Below are positions 37,823 through 50,654 of a stretch of 64,000 nucleotides of DNA, in pieces (within the stretch, counting starts at the first letter, position 1; each line of letters starts with the position of its first letter). Under the pieces are notes generated by a model, which saw only the letters and a program-made list of their open reading frames with translations, ran no database searches and was not told where the DNA came from. Both the position numbers and the translations under genes were made by a program. Origin of the DNA: Octopus vulgaris (Eukaryota); the NCBI GenBank assembly GCA_951406725.2, contig OX597815.1, positions 11,284,001-11,348,000 on the forward strand. The letters are read 5' to 3'.

Positions 37823-38735
37823 TACTAGGTTTGATGAATAAGTATCCGGACAGTTGCCATAGTAACGAAGCTAAAGCACACAGTAAAGTCGCTTGACAAA
37901 TATGGACCTTGACCTGTGCTGTGCATGTGTACTAAGTGTTAGCGTTTTAGTGCAGTTCCGCTGTTTACAGCAGTGCTTGGGAGGAAGGTGTGTAGCGTGT
38001 GATCGTCGCATTCACCGACACAGAGAAAGTTGTCAGTGCCGATACCTGCTCAGAGGCTTACGCAAAGTTGCGGAAAGTGCATGGAGAGGTGTGTATGAGC
38101 AACCTACAAGTGTACGAGTAGATCAGACGTTTCCAAGATGGTAGAGGAAATGTCGATATTGACGAACGTCCACGGATACCCGCAATGGATACCCGCAACC
38201 AGCAGAACTGGGGAAATCATCGCAGATGTACATGCAGCTCTGAGGGGACATCGCCCAGTCACCATCCTTGATTACTCAGAGGATGTGCCGATTAGTTACG
38301 GTTCAGTTCCGTCCATTATCACTGAATGTTCGTGTATGAGACCCGTGTCTGCCAAGTTTGTGCCAAAGCCGCTTTCCACTGACCAAAAGGAAACTTGGGT
38401 TTTAGGTGCACAAGATCTCTTTGACTGTGTGGAGAATGATGAAAACGTTTTGAAAAACTTTGAGTAGGCCTCCGAGCAGGCATCGCAAAGCTTTTGGTAA
38501 AACTTGACGCAGATTCTCTGCTCAACCTTCTCTGTCATGGTCAATGCAACGATCACACGATACACACCTTCTTTCCAAGAATTGCTGTAAGCAACGGAAG
38601 TAAGTTAGAACGTTAAAATTTAGTGCGAATGGACGGCAGTGTTCATGGTCAATCTATGCCAAGCAGCTTCACTCTGTGTGCTTTTGGTTCCTTACTATGA
38701 CTACAGTCCGGATACTTATTGATCAGACCATGTTA
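37823..38735. mobile_element. Non-autonomous mariner (Tc1/mariner) built from two inverted left ends
   Basis: TIRs GGTTTGATGAATAAGTATCCGGAC and GTCCGGATACTTATTGATCAGACC, with TA at the termini. Transposase N-terminal remnants occur on both strands: MTEKVEQRICVKFYQKLCDACSEAYSK on minus, and SVPSIITE...VSAKFVPKPLSTDQKE on plus. Confidence 0.85.
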
Positions 38736-39271
38736 TTTGTACAAGTAATTATTACTAGGGAAAAATAATGAGAATTCAATATGTAAATATATATTTTTAT
38801 TGTTATATTTTCTCAAATTTAATTCTTGGTCGGATGTAATTTGAGCAGGCTTGAAAATCGAGGTAGCATCTAGGGTATTATGCCACTTCGCATGACCGCT
38901 TGTAGATATATATTCTCTAGCATACTGCTTCTTACTAGATTAAAACTTTAAATTCCGAGATTCATAACAAATCATATGAGACTCAGATTAAATCTAAACC
39001 AATCTAGAAGCAAATGCTGATACCCAATTACATTAATTTTCGTTTGTCGTTTTTTGCATAATTTACTACTGTTTGAAAATGTAGTCTTACCACTTGTTAC
39101 AACCTTGCAATGTTCTAATAACCTTGCATTTCCGGTAATGGAATACTAATTATCGAATTAGCGGAACTACATTTTATTGAATACCATCTAGAGTAATTAT
39201 ATGTTTAGCACACAGTGTACAAAGTGCCTCTGTCTTTTAACTATCCATCAACATATATTTTATACATTAAA

Positions 39272-39663
39272 TCTCTCTCTATATAAAGCTGAAGTTGTCT
39301 GTGTATGGCAGGTTTTGGTAGCCTTCAACTAACACTATCTCCTCCGAGACCCTGCGGCACAAGTTGACCAAAATTGAGAGTATGATAGAAGAAGGCATGC
39401 TCTTCCTTCCCTAGAAGAGAAAATTTAAATCGGATCATGTTAACACCAAAAATTATTTACATCAAAAAGGTGCTTTTTTTCTTTGAAAATCCCTACTTTT
39501 ACGATTTTTTGACTGCCGTGTCGCCATTTTTCGGTGTATATCAACCAGAAAAATGTTCACTTAAAGAGAATACCAAGCTACATAATGCAAAATTTTTACT
39601 TTTTGAAAATTCCAATTCTAAAGGCTCGAAACAAATCCGAGCAACGCCTGGCGATACTGCTAG
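39272..39663 (+). mobile_element. Non-autonomous Helitron (family H2, 3' end shared with H1)
   Basis: A|TCTCTCTCTATATAAAG...ACAAATCCGAGCAACGCCTGGCGATACTG-CTAG|T. Confidence 0.85.
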
Positions 39664-40804
39664 TATATTTTATATATTTAAGCAGTTTGAACCTTCTGAC
39701 CCCAAAGTGAAAGTGAGAAGCTAGTATCAGTATGCAGCGGAAATGCTTTAGTTGTATATTACTCATAAGAAACGGAGGTTTTGTGTTTTGCTTCTTATGT
39801 GCAGTACCTGTGCTTTGGCGACGCTAAACTAAGAATTAAACTGAAACTACGACGTGATTTACTTATCACACAAAGTGTGTGTTATAAGAAGTTGTCAGAG
39901 ACTTTGAAAATCTTTGCAACAGCTTTAGATAGCATATAGCAGTTACATGAATGGATAAGTAATTGATTCAGGTGTAGTGTGTAGCAGAAATAGTTCAATA
40001 GAAACAGACGAATAAACAAAAAGAAAAAAAAAGGAAGACAAAATGAGTTAAGCAAAATGTGTAGACTGATGATGGGGTAAAATCTATGTGGAATTGTTCG
40101 TGATCGGTATACTAGATCAATAGTTTCTCACCATAATCTAGCAATAGACTTAGAGAATGAGATGTTATAAAATGCTGAATCGACTCAGTCCAGTTACAGC
40201 CTCAGAAAAAAAATCTTTTTTTTTTCTTGAAATGAAATAACATTTATCGTTAAATATTCCTGTTAGACAATGAAGCAAATATTATAATTTTCCAATAAAC
40301 ACAGCTAGAAGCATAGATTTTAGAAGCGACATGTATGTATCCAATTAATGATGAAAAATGTTGCAATAACTGGATTCAGTATTTCTATTCGATGAAAGTT
40401 GGTGAGTTGACAGAATGACAAGAGCTCCAGGGGAAAAATACTCTAACATATTACATCACATTCATTTACGTCGTGTGCTCAAATTCCGCTATGGATGACT
40501 CTTTGTTTCTGAATTCGATAAAAATGAGACCCAGTCAAGCACTGGAGTCCATATAGTTGTCTCTTCCTTCTTCAAAGATATTTAGTTACCTGCCTGTGTT
40601 AGAAACTGATAGCTATCTTTCATTGAAATTGAATGGTGAAAATATATTTTCCTTTTTTTTATTTTGTTTTGTTTTTAGACATAGAATGCTTCTTTGCAGA
40701 TACAGAAAAAAAAAAACAAAATGTAGAGACACTGCAGGTTTTTTTTATATCCATTTTGTATATCTGAAAGATTACTGTGTATTTCTGAACAATCACCGTA
40801 TTTC

Positions 40805-41297
<493 letters not shown>

Positions 41298-42023
41298 AAA
41301 TGCAACCAATAAACCTAACGTTACAACAGTAATGAGAGAAAGAAACAAAAAAGCATTATAAAATTCCGATGAGACACATTCACAAAACTTCAGAGGTGAA
41401 CATATAATGACCACAACATAAATGTACAGAATCCGAATTGCATCAGAAGAATTGACTGAGAAAAGACTGCTGGACACTAAGCCAATGAAATGAGGATAGC
41501 TATCACACACCAAACACGAGTGAGTATATTGCGTGTTGGTTGTGAAATATCGCATGTGTGAATTGGTTACATAGCAATGTTTGAATGTTTGTAGAACAAC
41601 AAGCGCGTATATTGGCATTGATAGAAGCATGTATGGTATGTATGAAGGTATGCGTAATTGAGTTTCGAGTTGGAACATTCTCTAGGGATGACAAACCAGA
41701 GCGACTTTTAATGGTTTCAATCTTTTTAACGGTTTGAAATGAAGTCTTAGGAACGTCTTGACATTCCTGAAGATTTGTTAACACAGCAAACGGTGATGTT
41801 CAGTCCTGCCATCGCATATGCACAAACATATACTCACACAAACATACGCATGCATACATATACACACACATGTCGACTCAAATAATCCCAGGTAATAGTC
41901 ATACGAGAAAGAAAAGGGAAAATGTGCATATTGCAAAATAAATAGAATTTGATAGGCCAAACTAGAATGTAAATAAAAACATTATTATTATGATGATGAT
42001 GACTATGATGGTAAAGTTGTTGG

Positions 42024-42076
<53 letters not shown>

Positions 42077-42134
42077 GCTACTACTACTACGATGATGATG
42101 ATGATGATGATGATGATGTTGTCGATGATGATGA

Positions 42135-42345
42135 TGGTTTCAAATTTTGGTATAAGACTAGCAATTTCGACGGACGAATTACGTCGATTACATCGATACC
42201 AGTTGCCCGATTGGTATTTAATTTATCGACCCCGAAATGATGAAAGGCAAAGTCGAACTCGACGGAATTTTAACTCAAAAGTTAAACGAAATGCCGCTAT
42301 GCATTTTGCCCGGCGTGCAAATGATCGTACCAGCCTGTCGCTTTC
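42135..42345 (-). mobile_element. Degraded SINE family B
   Basis: GTCGATTACATCGA...TTTATCGACCCCGAAA(T)GATGAAAGGCAAAGTCGA...GCATTTTGCCCGGCGTGC. Confidence 0.75.
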
Positions 42346-42460
42346 GATAACAACTATAAGAATAACAACAATAGTAATAGTTCGCAAATAGTACCCGTAG
42401 AACAATACTTATTAATAGCATAAGTACAGGGACATAAAACATGAAAATAGATATAGCATT

Positions 42461-42846
42461 GGCGCAGGAGTGGCTGTATGGTAAGTAGCTTACTTACCAA
42501 CCACATGGTTCCGGGTTCAGTCCCACTGAGTTGCACTTTGGGCAAGTGTCTTCTACTATACCTTGGGCCGACCAAAGCCTTGTGAATGGATTCGGTAGAC
42601 GGAAACTGAAAGAAGCCTGTTGTATATATGTATATGTTTGTGTGTCTGTGTTTGTCCCCCCCAACATCGCTTGACAACTGATGCTGGTGTGTTTACCTCC
42701 CCGTAACTTAGCGGTTCGGCAAAAGAGACCGATAAAATAAGTACTGGGTTTAGAAAGAATAAGTCCTGGGGTCGATTTGCTCGACTAAAGGCGGTGCTCC
42801 AGGATGGCCGCAGACAAATGACTGAAACAAGTAAAAGAGTAAAGAG
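42461..42846 (+). mobile_element. SINE family A, full length (tRNA-like head, internal GT tract, AAAAGAGT tail)
   Basis: GGCGCAGGAGTGGCTGTATGGTAAG (A box) and GGTTCAGTCCC (B-box-like), ending GACTGAAACAAGTAAAAGAGT. At least five homologues occur in the window. Confidence 0.9.
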
Positions 42847-42879
42847 AATATACAACAAAAATAAGGGAAGTAACGAAAA

Positions 42880-45800
42880 ACAACAAACCCAAAATACTAG
42901 GAGTGTATAATGATGATCAAAATACACGGAACCGGAACAACAAAAGAAAAATATAAACGAGAAGGTATGTTGAGCAAACCTAAGAACTGGAGACAATGAA
43001 CTCGGAAAGTGTGTGAATGATTGCTTTAAAAATGAGTACCATTAAGGAAATAAAAGTCACAAAAGAACTCAGTATGAACAATCGAATGTACCTCCCAAAA
43101 ATTAAACTTGATTATAAAACTGCAATAGCAATAAAAATACAATTTGGTCGTTACAGAACTAACCGCAACAGAAGCAAATATCAATATGGCCAGACGAAAT
43201 AAAATAATATATACAGCAGCTTCTTTGGTTCAAAAGGAGAATGGACACTCCCTCAAATCCATTCCATTCCAATAGGAGTATCCCAACGTAACAAAGGGGT
43301 ATTGCAACGAAAACAGAAAAAGAAATAAAAAATAGAAAAAAAAACAGAAAGAAAAACAGAAAAAGAAGGATCTGTCAATCCTCAATGAAGTTAGTCATCA
43401 AACAACACTACAAAACAAAATTAAAGAAAAATATTACAGAAATATAAAATAACAAAACAAGATATGTCTGAGATAAAAGAAAAGCTAAAGGAAGATCTCG
43501 CTAAAAGAACAAAGTATCCGTTGATATGGGAAACGCGAAAGTTTCTTTGAGCGAAACAAGCAGTTTAACTTCAATCGAAAACGATTCTACCAAAGACCTG
43601 ATAAAAGTAATACAGAGATCAATGCAGCACCAGTAGCAGCAGCAGAAGTGGGAGATATTTGGAAAGAAGTGTGAGCAGCGAAGGAACCACCCACCAAAAG
43701 ATGTATTAAAATAACAAGCACAGCACCTGAACAACTGTGGACACCTATAACAACGGAAGAGGTAACCCAGGCATTGCAAAGGCGCTAAGATAAGGCGGCG
43801 AGCTGTCAGAATCATTAGCACGCCAGGCGAAATGCTTAGCGGTGTTTCGTCTGCCGCTACGTTCTGGGTTCAAATTCCGCCGAGGTCGACTTTGCCTTTC
43901 ATCCTTTCGGGGTCGATTAAATAAGTACCAGTTACGCCCTTGGGCTCGATGTAATCGACTTAACCCGTTTATCTGTCCTTGTTTGTCCTCTCTGTGTTTA
44001 GCCCATTGTGGGTAGTAAAGAAATAATAGCTAAGATAAGACAGGACCCCTGATTTCTAGTTGAAATATTTAACAGGTACACATGAAGAGTTGGCAAACAA
44101 GTTCGATGAGATGCTGATGAAGTCATAGACAAAAACTGAATGACTCACAAAAAGGAAAACTAGCACAATTCCCAAATCCATTGAAGCAAAATATTCGCAA
44201 AACTACAGCTACGTACGTGTAATGTCTCCTTTGCAAATTACACAATCTTAACTGCAATGATATTGCAGGGACCGTCTATAAGAAAATACCTTGTTTCCAG
44301 AGAAGGTTCATATGACTATGAAGATGAGTTTTTGACCAGTAAATCCATAACTGAAGACTGCCAGAAGAAAGAGAAGGCTCTTGGATCGATTATCGATAGG
44401 TTTTGGACAGTATTTCCCATACATGGATCCTAGAAACACTAGCCATGAACAAAGTAACACCAAGAATCAAAAATTGTATGAAACATTCTTTGAATAAAAG
44501 GCAAACAGTGCTGCAGCTCCAGACAATAGAAGGACTCCTAAACATTAAAGCCTTTTCCATTAGAAGAGGAATATTCCAAGGGGACACGCTCTCTCAACTC
44601 CTTTTCTGATTGGCACTGATACCTTTAACTTATATGCTAAACAGAACTGGATGTGGATACAACTGCTATGGTATAACAATTAATCGTCTCTGATATATGG
44701 ATGATCTAAAATCGCATGCTGCAAATGATAAACAGCTGGAAACTTTACTGCCAACAGAGCATGGATTTACCAAAGAAATAAACATGAAATTTGGCTTAGA
44801 AAAATGTGCCACAGCAACCTAGAAAAGAGGAAAACTAGTTAAGAGTAACAATATCACAATAAATAAAGAAAATGAAATAAGATATTAGACTAAAGCCAGA
44901 CATTCGAATACTTAGGAATCAATGATTTAATACTGTACAACACACAAATGAAAGAGCAGATAAGAAAGAAATATTATAGACTAGTTAGATTAACACTTAA
45001 AACAGAGCTCAATGCGAAAAACAAGATAATAGATATGAACATTCTAGCTGTCCCAGTTATAAGTTACAGTTACAATGTTCTTAATTAGACTCTAAACTAG
45101 ACAAGAAAACAAGAAAAAATAATGACAGGATTTAAGCTGCACCACCCAAAATCTGACATAGAAAGGTTATATATACAACGAATTGAAGGTGGTAGAGGGC
45201 TTATACGACTAAAAAACTATGATAAAGTAACTACCATAGGACTACAAAAATACCTAGTTCAGAGTCAAAGAAAATTGATACAAAAAATCACAAAGCAGAA
45301 GCAAAACAAAAAACTGTTTTCTGTGTTTAAGGAAGCTGTAAAATACATGAAAGAAGTAATAGTGCCTGAAAATTAGGAAAAAAACCCCTAAAAACAGGAA
45401 ACAATAAAAACAGTAAAACAACTGAATTGCAAACTGAAACTGGGAAAAAAAAACTAAGTATCATGATAAAACGATGGCAAGAAAAGCCCTTCAATGATAA
45501 ATAATATTGGGATAAGCTAAACAGAAAATAAATAAAGTAAAATCCCAACAATGGCTGAGAACCTCAGAACCCAAAGCAAGGACTGAAGGATTTTTAATTG
45601 TACCACAAGATCAAAAGCTTCCCCACCAGAAATCACCAAAAACATATAATGAAGAAACATACAAGTAACAGCAGAATAAGTGGTGATGAGGAAGAAACAA
45701 TAAATCATATTGTCTCTGGTTGCCCAGTCCTGGCTAAGAAGCATTATATCTACAGACGCGATAGATTTGGGACCAGTACACACTGGAAGCTATGCCAACA

Positions 45801-46335
45801 CTATGGAATAACAACAGAAAAAGGATGGTATAGACACACCCCAGAAAAGGTCTGAAATCATGTGAAAGCAGCCCTACTCTCACATTGGCCAATACATACA
45901 GACAGAGATATCAAGATTAGTAGACCAGATATAGCTGTCAGAGATCACCAAGATTTAAAACATGCTTTCTAAATCAATGTATCAATACCAACAGATGACA
46001 ATGTATCTCTAAAAGGAACGAAGAAGCTCTCAAAATACAAAGATCTGGAAATAGAGATAACCCGAATGTGTAGACTAAAAAGAGAAACAATCCCTATAAT
46101 AATAGGTGCATTAGTTGTGATTAAAAACATACAAATACGTAACCAAAACACCAGGACTTACGAACGTATATAACATCCAAATAATAGTACTACTATGCAT
46201 CCGACGTAAAGCACTTTCAATAGAGTGAAAATAAGAGGACCACAACAAACCGCAGCACACACCTGAAGCCACACAGAGCTGCACTCGGTAGTGCAGTGAA
46301 AAAGCACTCGATAAAAACAAGAACACTAAATAATG
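42880..46335 (+). pseudogene. Decayed R4/Dong-clade non-LTR retrotransposon (RT, CCHC remnant and restriction-like endonuclease)
   Basis: DSISHTWI, IRRGIFQGDTLSQLLF, YMDDLK, MKFGLEKCA, HHPKSDIERLYIQRIEGGRGL, EETINHIVSGCPVLAKKHY, RPDI, KYKDLEIEI and IIIGAL. Many stops and frameshifts. Confidence 0.92.
43794..44028 (+). mobile_element. SINE family B inserted in the R4/Dong LINE, 11-bp TSD
   Basis: Full head-to-tail copy. TSD GCTAAGATAAG at 43784-43794 and 44029-44039. Confidence 0.92.
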
Positions 46336-46499
46336 ATAATAATTTCTTTTATTTGCCAAAAACATGGTTTCTGAGATCAGCAATTTGGAGGCCATCGTTG
46401 ATTCCTTAAGCGCTTTAAAGATTCTGCTCTCTCGCAATAATTACTGTCTATTTTCCTCAATGGCTTCGCATGACAAGATAATAATGAGGAATGCTACGG

Positions 46500-47480
46500 G
46501 AGAATAATCATCTTTCGCTTATTTAAGACCAATCTCAGACTGAATGGTGTAGATTGGAAAGAAATGGAAATACTAATACACATAGTACACGGATTGTTTT
46601 TGTTGAAATAACAATGAAAATGAGCTTTAAAAAAATGCACCGAGGCGAATTTTAAGAGACGAACGCTAATGTTATGTTGGAGAGGGCAGCAAAGCTTAGA
46701 GAATTATCCCAATCACAGACTTACAAATACTTATGCTAGACACTGTTCAACAGGTAAACGTACAGATTCAAAAGTAAATGATAGGAAAGGATATTACTGA
46801 TGCTTGCATATAAGTATTAATTCTTAAAACAGAGCTATAAAGAACATTATGAAGTTATAGGTAGTGAATAATTTAGTTGGATGCTAAGTAAATTAGTAAG
46901 ACTAGACAAGAAAGCAAGTAAAATAATGTTGTATTTAGTGTTCCCCCGTAATCTAACACAAGAGGTTTATATTTACCAACAACACAAACTGGTTATTATT
47001 TTCTTTTTGCAACAATAAAACTATTGTAAAATATCGAATAGAGGATTAGAAACGTATGATTTAAGAAATAATGGAATACAAATAACTGTAAGTGGATATC
47101 TAAACCCACATGCAAAATATCGTTTTATGTAAGGCTGTCAGCAAACATTATGAATATTGAAGCAATATACGACTGTGAAATAAGAGAGTAAAAACAGAAA
47201 TATTTTAAAAATTGCTACGCTAAAATGTAGCTACACAATGTACAAAAAATGGTCCCTGCATGGTCAATACATGAAGAAACTGAACAGAAGGGAAGAGAAA
47301 CAGATACTGAAAAGTCGTAGCATTGACAGAGAATGCAGAAAGTACTGGTTAATTGTAAATACTGTCTACAAGAATCCATTAAAGTCATGTAGGAAGCAGA
47401 ATGCTATAAGAAATTGCAGAAAACAATAATCACGATGTTTCTGATTGCTTAGTTTTATCCAGACATTTTTTTTCAAGAAA
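46500..47480 (+). pseudogene. Older, more decayed R4/Dong-like LINE fragment (probably continues at 48655-48840)
   Basis: Segments parallel the preceding LINE (YKYL, CTTAAAACAGAGCT, ACTAGACAAGAAAGCAAG, LHGQYMK). NKPDIVI occurs at ~48760. Confidence 0.55.
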
Positions 47481-47526
47481 AGACAAGAGATCCAAGTCTT
47501 GTACATTAATGGTAAGAGATGGTAAA

Positions 47527-47944
47527 GCGTAGGAGTGGCTGTGTGGTAAGTAGCTTGCTAACCAACCACATGGTTCCTGGTTCAGTCCCACTGCTTGGCA
47601 TCTTGGGCAAATGTCTTCTGCTATAGCCCCGGGCTGACCAAAGCCTTGTGAGTGTATTTGGTAGACGGAATCTGAAAGAAGCCTGTCGTATATATATATA
47701 TATATATAAGTGTGTGTGTATGTGTTTGTGTGTCTGTGTTTGTCCCCCCTAGCGTTGCTTGACAACCGATGCTGGTGTGTTTACGTCCCCGTCACTTAGC
47801 GGTTCGGCAAAAGAGACCGATAGAATAAGTACTGGGCTTACAAAAAGAATAAGTCCCGGGGTCGAGTTGCTCGACTGAAAGCGGTGCTCCAAGATGGCCG
47901 CAGTCAAATGACTGAAACAAGTAAAAGAGTAAAAGAGTAAAGAG
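47527..47944 (+). mobile_element. SINE family A
   Basis: Matches 42461-42846. Confidence 0.9.
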
Positions 47945-48212
47945 CTCAGAAAATATGGGAGGGGGGGGGGCAAGAGAGGGGTGTTTGGAAACACACGAAA
48001 TATAAAATCCATCTCAAATTGAAATGATGCGTATGTGGGTCGGAGACGTTTTGTCGGTGTCCATTTGGCGCTGCTGAATAAATGCTGACTTATTTGACAC
48101 CAGGTGTTTTAACGTTTCCCTTGTTTGCCTCCTCCCTCCCTCCCTCCCTCCCTCCCTCACACCTTCTCTCTTTCTTGGTATTTCTTTTTTCTTCCTTTTT
48201 TTTTTTCATTTT

Positions 48213-48613
48213 CCTTGTTTCGGTCATTTTGACTGCGGCCATTGCTGGAGCACCACCTTTTAATCGAGCAACACTCGACCCCGGGACTTATTCTTTTTGT
48301 AAGCCCAGTACTTATTCTATCGGTCTCTTTTGCCGAACCGCTATGTAACGGGGACATAAACACACCAGCATCGGTTGTCAAACAATGCTAGGGGGACAAA
48401 CACAGACACACAAACATACACACACACATATACATATATACACATATATACGACGGGCTTCTTTCAGTTTCCGTCTACCAAATCCACTCACAAGGCTTTG
48501 GTCGGCCCGAGGCTATAGTAGAAAACACTTGCCCAAGGTGCCACGCAGTGGGACTGAACCCGGAACCATGTGGTTGGTAAGCAAGCTACTTACCATACAG
48601 CCCCTCTTGCGCC
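48213..48613 (-). mobile_element. SINE family A (inverted relative to the 47527 copy)
   Basis: Reverse complement of family A. Confidence 0.9.
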
Positions 48614-49319
48614 TATATGGAACTTGTTTTCATAGACTGCAAATTAAGCCAGAATAAGGAAATATTAAATGAAAAGTATTGGTATAAATATACGCCAAAC
48701 AAGTATTGAAGGATAAGAAGGGAACCCATATGCCAATTCAAGTAGGGAGATTGAAGAAAATAAACCGGATATTGTAATCAGAAATACAAGACAATGTCGC
48801 ATCAAATTAGTATGCCAAGAAATAATTTTGAAAATTATTTGAACTGGCAATGCTTTAGTGGGTCGTTACCATCAACGATAGACTATACAGGCACTGCTTT
48901 GTTAGATAAGCCGGCAACTACCCCTGTCACCCATGTACGCAGGGCGACGAAACCATCTGACACGCTCTTTTTCAGTGCTCATGGATTAGACTCCCTGGCA
49001 CGTCTACAGTGACAATCAAGCAGCTTTCTGACAAGGGTTGTATGTTGGATGCGGCTGAAAGATCTAGGGACGGGGCTTTTCCTCACAGAACAACTTGAGG
49101 TGGAAGGCAAAGGAAAAATTGGAGGTACTGTCTCCTAGTAATTTTTTTTGAAATTAGGCCACAGTGGTGAACTTTTGACGTTGCCATAGGAGTTTACATT
49201 AACTAAGGAGCCATAGGTTAGCAGTTAGAGCTAGCCTTTGGTGAGTCAGAGTAATCCTGGACTGTGTGTTCGTTCTCTTAACTCCCTAAGCGGTTGCCTA
49301 CTCTGAACATATGCTTGTA

Positions 49320-49568
49320 AGCCAGAGTAATTGAGAAAGAAAGAGGCACCTGCTGATGTGCCCCTGGGGTTTGGGGTAACCAGGGTGTGTGTGGTTGTTC
49401 GGTTGTCCCCAGGTGGTGCTTCACTCTTTTAGTGAATTTTATTGTTGAATTTTTGTTAACTGTACTTGTTTTAATTTTATACAGGAAGGTTTGTGCAAGC
49501 TCCACTTGACCCTTGTATTGAAGTGTCCCTTTTGTTTTGTGTCGGCCCTTGAGGCCAATAAAGAAAAC
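49320..49568 (+). mobile_element. Probable LINE 3' UTR ending in GGCCCTTGAGGCCAATAAAGAAA, followed by a (CAT)(TAT)(TGT) tract
   Basis: U-rich 3'-UTR-like sequence with AATAAA. The terminal ~40 nt resemble the SINE family B tail. Confidence 0.45.
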
Positions 49569-49583
49569 ATCATCATCATCATC

Positions 49584-49631
<48 letters not shown>

Positions 49632-49656
49632 GTTGTTGTTGTTGTTGTTGTTGTTA

Positions 49657-49880
49657 TGGCGAGTTTGCAGTAGAATCGTTATGTCAAAAAACAAAAAAAA
49701 TGCTTAGCGTTGTTTCTTCCGGTTCTCTGCCTTGTGAGTTCAAATACCGCCAGAATCGAATTTGTCTTTTATTCTTTCCATTGGATGATAAAACAAGTAC
49801 CAGGAAAGTACTGGGATCATAATCAACTTCCTCCTCCTCTCAAATTGCTGGTTTTGTGCCAAGATTAGGAAAGCTTATTA
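49657..49880 (+). mobile_element. Degraded SINE family B (a further remnant at ~49930-50110)
   Basis: GGCGAGTTTGCAGTAGAATCGTT...GAGTTCAAATACCGCC...GATAAAACAAGTACCAG. Confidence 0.65.
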
Positions 49881-50259
49881 TCATTATTGTTGTTGCTGTT
49901 ATTGTCGTTGCTGTTGATGTTCTTACAGGTGACGGCGGCGTGGAAGAGGCCCATTACCAACATACGCAGAGGCATTTCTTCCGCGTCCCGAATTCCCGAA
50001 GTCAGCTTTGCATTTCCTTAGTCCGGGGTCAATAAATCACTGTACTTGTTAAGTACTGCGATTGATGGTATCGACTCATCGAGTACTCCAAAATTTCTAG
50101 CCTTTTGTCTGAAACCCTTGTTTTACCTCTTCACTGTCAAATCCTTCACATGCTCAAAACGTTTGCTCCAACATTTCTCAATGTTTGTGAAGTTTTCACT
50201 AATGAAATAATTTTTCTTTATTTTGAATATTAGTTCCGGTAGAGAATTATTATGTAACA

Positions 50260-50654
50260 CTAGCAGTATCGCCCGGCGTTGCTCGGTTTTGTAAGGGAAA
50301 TAACTATATAAGCATTTTTAGAGATGTAAAGTATAATAGCCATCTCAATATGGCTAACCACAAAGTGGGGTGTTACTGTAGCATTTTACGTTCTGAGATT
50401 TACTAATACATTTTTAGAGAGTTATTTCCCTTATATAATAGCAAAAAAATGCATTAAAAATGGGAAAAAATGATGGTAAATTTTTTTTTAAATTGTAGAC
50501 TCATCGTAGACGCGCGCTAATACCCAGAAGGGCTCGATATGAATCACGACTATAAGATACCCGGTTTTGGTTAAACTGCACCGCAAAATGTGGGAGTAGT
50601 TAGGAATCTAAATCGTAGGAGACAGACACACAACTTCACTTTTATATATAAAGA
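50260..50654 (-). mobile_element. Non-autonomous Helitron (family H1), copy 2
   Basis: Near-identical to 157-559, with A|TC...CTAG|T ends. Confidence 0.88.
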
